A stretch of DNA of 64,000 nt from Lama guanicoe (taxonomy: Eukaryota), in NCBI GenBank assembly GCA_013239625.1, contig MU053472.1:62001-126000 (forward strand), read 5' to 3'. Position numbers and translations under genes: made by a program. The notes below the pieces were generated by a model. That model did no database searches and was not told where the DNA came from. It worked only from the letters and a program-made list of their open reading frames with translations. Below, piece after piece: positions 59,308-64,000 of the stretch (positions within the stretch are counted from its first letter, which is position 1; the number at the start of each line of letters is the position of its first letter).

Positions 59308-62300
59308 CTCAAACTGTTTATAAAGCCTGAGTAAAAAACATAGAAGTAAATTATATAAAATTTGGTAAAATATAGAAAAGTTGAAAAAATAAAATCCTCC
59401 AAAATCTGAATACCCAGAAAAAAATCATTCTAGGTACTCTGGATATTTCCTTCCAATTTTTTTTCTATACACAGTCATGCTTTTAGTACTTAATTGACAT
59501 CATACTTGATTTGATCTCTGAACATTATCCCAGGAGTCTTTTTCTTTGTTATTTCAAATTCTTATATTTTTTGACTTATTTTATTTCTTTTTTTTTTCAA
59601 ATTCTTATATTTTTAATGTCCACAAAAACATTTCACAATGCGAATGTGTCACACTTTACGTAACTATCCCCTATTGTTGGTTTGTTTATAATTATCATCT
59701 TTGTAAATCAAACTTAAGAAAAGAAATATTGACCTAAGTAATTTCAATGCTCAAGTGTTTTTCCTGGGTCAGTTCCAACCTTCACTAGATCTTTTTTTGG
59801 AAATAAAAGCTAGATGGAGACCTTCCATATTATCTAGTTCAGTGTCTTTGATTTAAAGGTGTGGATTCCTGCAGGAATTCCCACTGGGGCTGTAGAACAG
59901 TCTAGGCAGATGATGGACGGGGCAGAGCCCAGGAAACCATGCCCTTGAACTTGGGAATTCAGATCATCCTAACACTTAGAAGTGAAGGATAATTTCAGGA
60001 CACTCTGGTCCAACTGCTAGATTCCCTCACCAGTAACATAGCCCCCACGACAGGCAGTCTCCATGGAGGGAAGCCTCAGAATATGGGGGAGGGGAAGTGA
60101 TTGGCCCCAAACTACACTGTAAGATAGTGAGAGAACCAGTCCTGAACCCAGATCTAGCAATTCTGAGCTCGGCGCTCCCTCCACCGCACTGAAGAGGTGT
60201 GGTATAAGTCGAAAAGTACAAATGAAACTATCACAGCCCTGAGCTTCCGCTCTCCAAGTGGGAAAACAGTCCTTGTGCACTGAGGTTTACTGTTCGGCTA
60301 AGTGGAATATGAAAACCAGCAAAACAATGGCTTCAGTGTGCTGTAAAAATCCAGAAAAGATGAATGGAGCAACCTGTTTTTAACAGTTTAATTAACTCCT
60401 CAATTGGAGGAGATGCGGCAATTAGAGGAAGAGAGTTAACCACAAAGGCAGGATTTAAGCATAAATTCCATTTCAGGCTTTAAAAACTAGAAGTAAATTT
60501 GGGAAGAGTCACGTTTCAGTATCAAACACTTGAGTCCTACTGGAGTACGTGGTTAACAAACACGCAGAGAGTAACCATCTGCCTTTGGTTGGTCTGTGAC
60601 TACGCCCAGCCTAACTCCCATCACCTCCACACCATCTTGCCAACTGCTGGCTTCCAACATCAAAGTCCCACTAACTGCTGCATCTTGGTTCCTAAAGAAC
60701 CTGCCTATTGCTGAATCACATTACTGACATTACCAGTCCCCTCTCCTTCCTCTGCTGCTAGCTTTGGGTCAATACAGGTTACACTGCCAACAACTCTGTG
60801 CATTGGTATCAGCTTTCTAGAAGGCAAATTGGCATTGTGTATCAAAACCCACAAAGATGTCTATACCCTTGGCCAAATAATCCACTCTTCCCCAAAAGAG
60901 AAGTCAAAGAGAGGAGAAAATTTATAAACGATGTCCATCGTGGTGTTTAGAACAATCCAACCATAAAGTGACCCACAGCACATAGCTATTAACAGCTGCC
61001 ATTTGTGGAAGAAATTCTTGGACAGGTCTTGACATGCTTCTAAACTTCACAGCAACTCTGTCACAAATGTGGAAACCAAATGTGGAAGCCAAAACACAAG
61101 GCAGTCACTGAATGGCTAGTAAATAGCAGAACCAAAGCTTGAATCGAAGACTTGGTGACAGTTCCACCCATCCCTTGGATGGCTTGGGACCAAGACACTG
61201 AAGCAGTGAGCCTCAGGAAAGAACCATAACACGACAGCCTCCAAGATTAGCAAGAAGATGCTGCAGGAGTATAGAAGAGGCCTTCCTGAAAGACCATTAG
61301 GGGATGCAAGAAAATCTCCAAGTTAAACCTACAGTTTGATGATCATTTTCATAAAAATATGTGTAAAAACTGAAGGCAGTAACAGAGGAAAACAGTTGGG
61401 CTGTCATTTGGGGGCAAGCGAATGGATGCTTTATTCTATTCATATTCCCTTAAATGTTGCTATGCCAATGTCTTAGCAGCGAGCCTTAAAGGAAAAAAAG
61501 AGGAAAACACCTGACTCAGCCATTGACCTGTGCTTTATAAAGGCACGTGGGTGTTTTTCTCTCTCTCCTACCTTTAAGTAACTTCTGCACCCTGCCAGTT
61601 CTCTCTCGGTTTCATGATGCCTGCAACCTTGTTGAAACCACAGCTTCCCCTCTGGGGACTGCTGAGCGCCGGGGAGGGAATCACAGGGAGGTCTTTTTCA
61701 GTTGAGGTGAGAGGACGTTGGAACATGACATCACTATTCAGATGGAGAACGAGAGAGGAAGAGTACTCAAATGCCAAGGAGAAAACCAGTGGGCTTTTAT
61801 GGCTCTCTTTATGGGAAGTGCTCCGCCAAGCAAAAGGTCAGGAGCTGACGTGTCCAATGGCACTGGAGCATTACATGAAATTGCAAAAATAGAACCTTAT
61901 AAAAATTCATAAGCTCATGAAGCACCCACTTGACTGATGGGTTAGAGGTATGGTGGCCAGGATGATGTCAGGCCCTGGAAACAAGGAAGCATAAGGGCTA
62001 CATCCTGAGAACCCAGGAGAACCTAGCACTGTCCTAGGTCCTTCCAGTCAAAGAAGGCTGGTAACTAGTAATCTGCATTGGGGCTTGCCACTCATGCATT
62101 TACTGGAGTTCCTCTTGTATGGACTGATTAAACCACATGGTAGATACAATTGAATACTGTTGGTTTAGTTTCTACTTTACAGTTGAGGAAACTGAGGCTT
62201 AAAGAAGTTAAAAAAAAAAAACCTTGCCCAGCTGAGATTCAAGCCTGACACCAGCCGCTGTACTCTGCAGCCTCTCGCTACACCGTATTGCCCAATGGCC

Positions 62301-63399
62301 TTGACCTCTTCCTATCCATGACCCTATGTGGCATGAAAGACTGCCTCCTTCATGCTGAGGACTCTGCCTTTTCTTTAGGCCACAGAAAACGCTGCCACAG
62401 AGCCCCCTCTCCTGGGCAGTCAGATCTGGGTGAGAGTTCACCGGGCTGCCTACCTTTTCAGCAAAGGAAAGAGGCAGTGTCTCCCGTGATGGAAAGAGAG
62501 CAGCCTTTGGAACAAAATGGATCCAGGTTTGCATCCTGACTCCCCCATTCATTCAGTAACTTGAGCATGTCCCTGAATGTCTGGGGTGGGGGGAGATCTC
62601 AATTTCCCCCCTTGTCAGTGAATCTGCTGTCAAAGAATAGTTGGCTAAAACCCCTCAAGGAAAAGGCACCAGTGACCCAGGATGTACCTCCGGGCTGCTA
62701 TCCTTGGCCACTTCCCTTACCTTCACAAGCTGTGCCTAATCCGACCACCGGTGGAATTTCTCTTTCTTCTGACAGGCGTTCTCTCCCTCTTAGCTAACCA
62801 GTCCCTGGTCTCTCAGGACGTTTATTTTAATCTTCCCTGTGTGCGTCCGGGATGCCCTTGTTTTACCTCTTTCCAAGCCCACCAGACGCCACATGCCTTG
62901 CCCGTCCATGCTGTCCTTCACGTACCCTGGAGTCTGCACCCAGAAAATTCCACTAGGGTATGGTCTGCAAGGGCTGCAGTTGCATCTGCTTTCCTCCCCT
63001 CCTTACCCCTGACGGCCCGAGCCCTGCCCCTGGCATACAGCCGGTGCTCAATAATTGTGTGGTAAAAGAGTGAACAAATGAATGATTAACAGGAGTGTGT
63101 ATGGCCTGAGTGGAGAGTGAGTCATCCTGCAAATGTCTGCAGAGGCCCTATTGTTGGCCAGGGGAGGAGAGTCACAGACAAGGTCTGTCAGGCTCCCTGG
63201 GAGTCAGGGGAGAGTGTGTGCAGCTTCTCTGTGATGTGTTTTCTGTGCATCCTCTCATTTAATCCTCAAAAGAACTCTATACATGTGAGTGAAAACCCCT
63301 TTTTACAGATAAGACTAACTTGCCTGCCACCCAGCTAGGTGGGAGGTCTAACCCAGGCCTCCCTGCCTCCAAAGTCAATGTCACCTCCTCCCACTGGAA

Positions 63400-63615
63400 G
63401 ACCAGTGAGCATAATGGTTAGGTGCTCTGAAAGTCGGGCAATGTGGGTTCATAGCCTGGCTTGCTTCTTACCAGCAGTGGAAATTCTCACCACTCATGGG
63501 TCTCCCCAGGGCTTAGTTATCTTATCTGTAAAGTAGGGATGGTAATATCTCCTGCCTCAAGGATTGTTGTGAGAATTAAATGAGACAGTTTAAATAAAAT
63601 ACCATCAGCCAAGCA
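63400..63615 (+). mobile_element. MIR SINE; an opposite-strand MIR fragment lies at about 63240-63380
   Basis: agcataatggttaggtgc...atctgtaaagtagggatggtaata...caaggattgttgtgagaattaaatgaga. Confidence 0.75.
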
Positions 63616-63629
63616 CACCACAAGTCTTT

Positions 63630-63750
63630 GGCAGCAGTCATAGCCGTAGCAGGGATGGTGGTAGTGATGGTAGTCACAGTGGAGTAGCAGTAGCAACAGT
63701 AGTGATGGTGGTGGTGGTGGTGGTAGTCACTGGTAGTAATAGTAGCAGAA
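63630..63750. repeat. Degenerate (GTG/GTA/GCA)n trinucleotide repeat
   Basis: gatggtggtagtgatggtagtc...gtagcagtagcaacagtagtgatggtggtggtggtggtggtagtc. Confidence 0.85.
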
Positions 63751-64000
63751 ACATGGTCCCAGAACAGAAGGGGCAGTACAAGAAACTTACTTGGTTCAGT
63801 GAATTCAGGCATTTGTTTTTCAAGTTCAATGCCATTTCCTCAGGGACTGGACAGAACTGATGTATAAGTTATTCTGACACCGAAGGACAGGGGACAGAAA
63901 GAACTGGAAGTGCTGCTTAAGCACACTCAACAGAACCCAAAGGGGTGAAGGTCCGTTTTAAATGTCCTCCTGGCCTCCTAAATCCTCCTCGGCCTCACTG

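Noticed and set aside
61066..61093. Short tandem repeat AAATGTGGAARCC x2
   Set aside because: Ordinary local slippage duplication.
63576..63812. ORF with poly-His and poly-Thr runs
   Set aside because: Translation of a simple trinucleotide repeat adjoining a MIR.
1..64000. A novel multi-gene system, operon, CRISPR array or defence island
   Set aside because: The DNA is mammalian and repeat-rich. I saw no repeat-spacer array, no long ORFs and no recognisable host coding exons.

Overview
This is eutherian mammal genomic DNA, non-coding and rich in repeats, with one 687-nt assembly gap (43757-44443). The young repeats suggest a camelid (alpaca or camel). They are short tRNA-headed SINEs resembling camelid vic-1 and cetartiodactyl-type L1 3' ends; I saw no Alu, B1/B2, Bov-A or PRE elements. 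I recognise no intact host protein-coding exon, RNA gene, CRISPR array or prokaryotic system. The only recognisable protein-like ORFs are broken LINE-1 ORF2 fragments. I do not see a new biological system here. The informative structure is in how the locus was built: (1) a near-identical 2.35-kb head-to-tail duplication with a 2-bp microhomology junction (33615-38309) cutting through an ancient MaLR provirus remnant; (2) a 5'-inverted (twin-primed) L1 whose two arms overlap by about 105 bp yet differ by about 10%; (3) a young L1 nested in the poly(A) tail of an older L1, with both target-site duplications (TSDs) visible; (4) a probable 3' transduction; (5) ultra-short and tail-only retrotransposition scars; (6) an ERV1-type solo LTR; and (7) several unique stretches with candidate CTCF or enhancer motifs. 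Repeat family names come from my recollection of consensus sequences, not a database search, and boundaries of old repeats are approximate.
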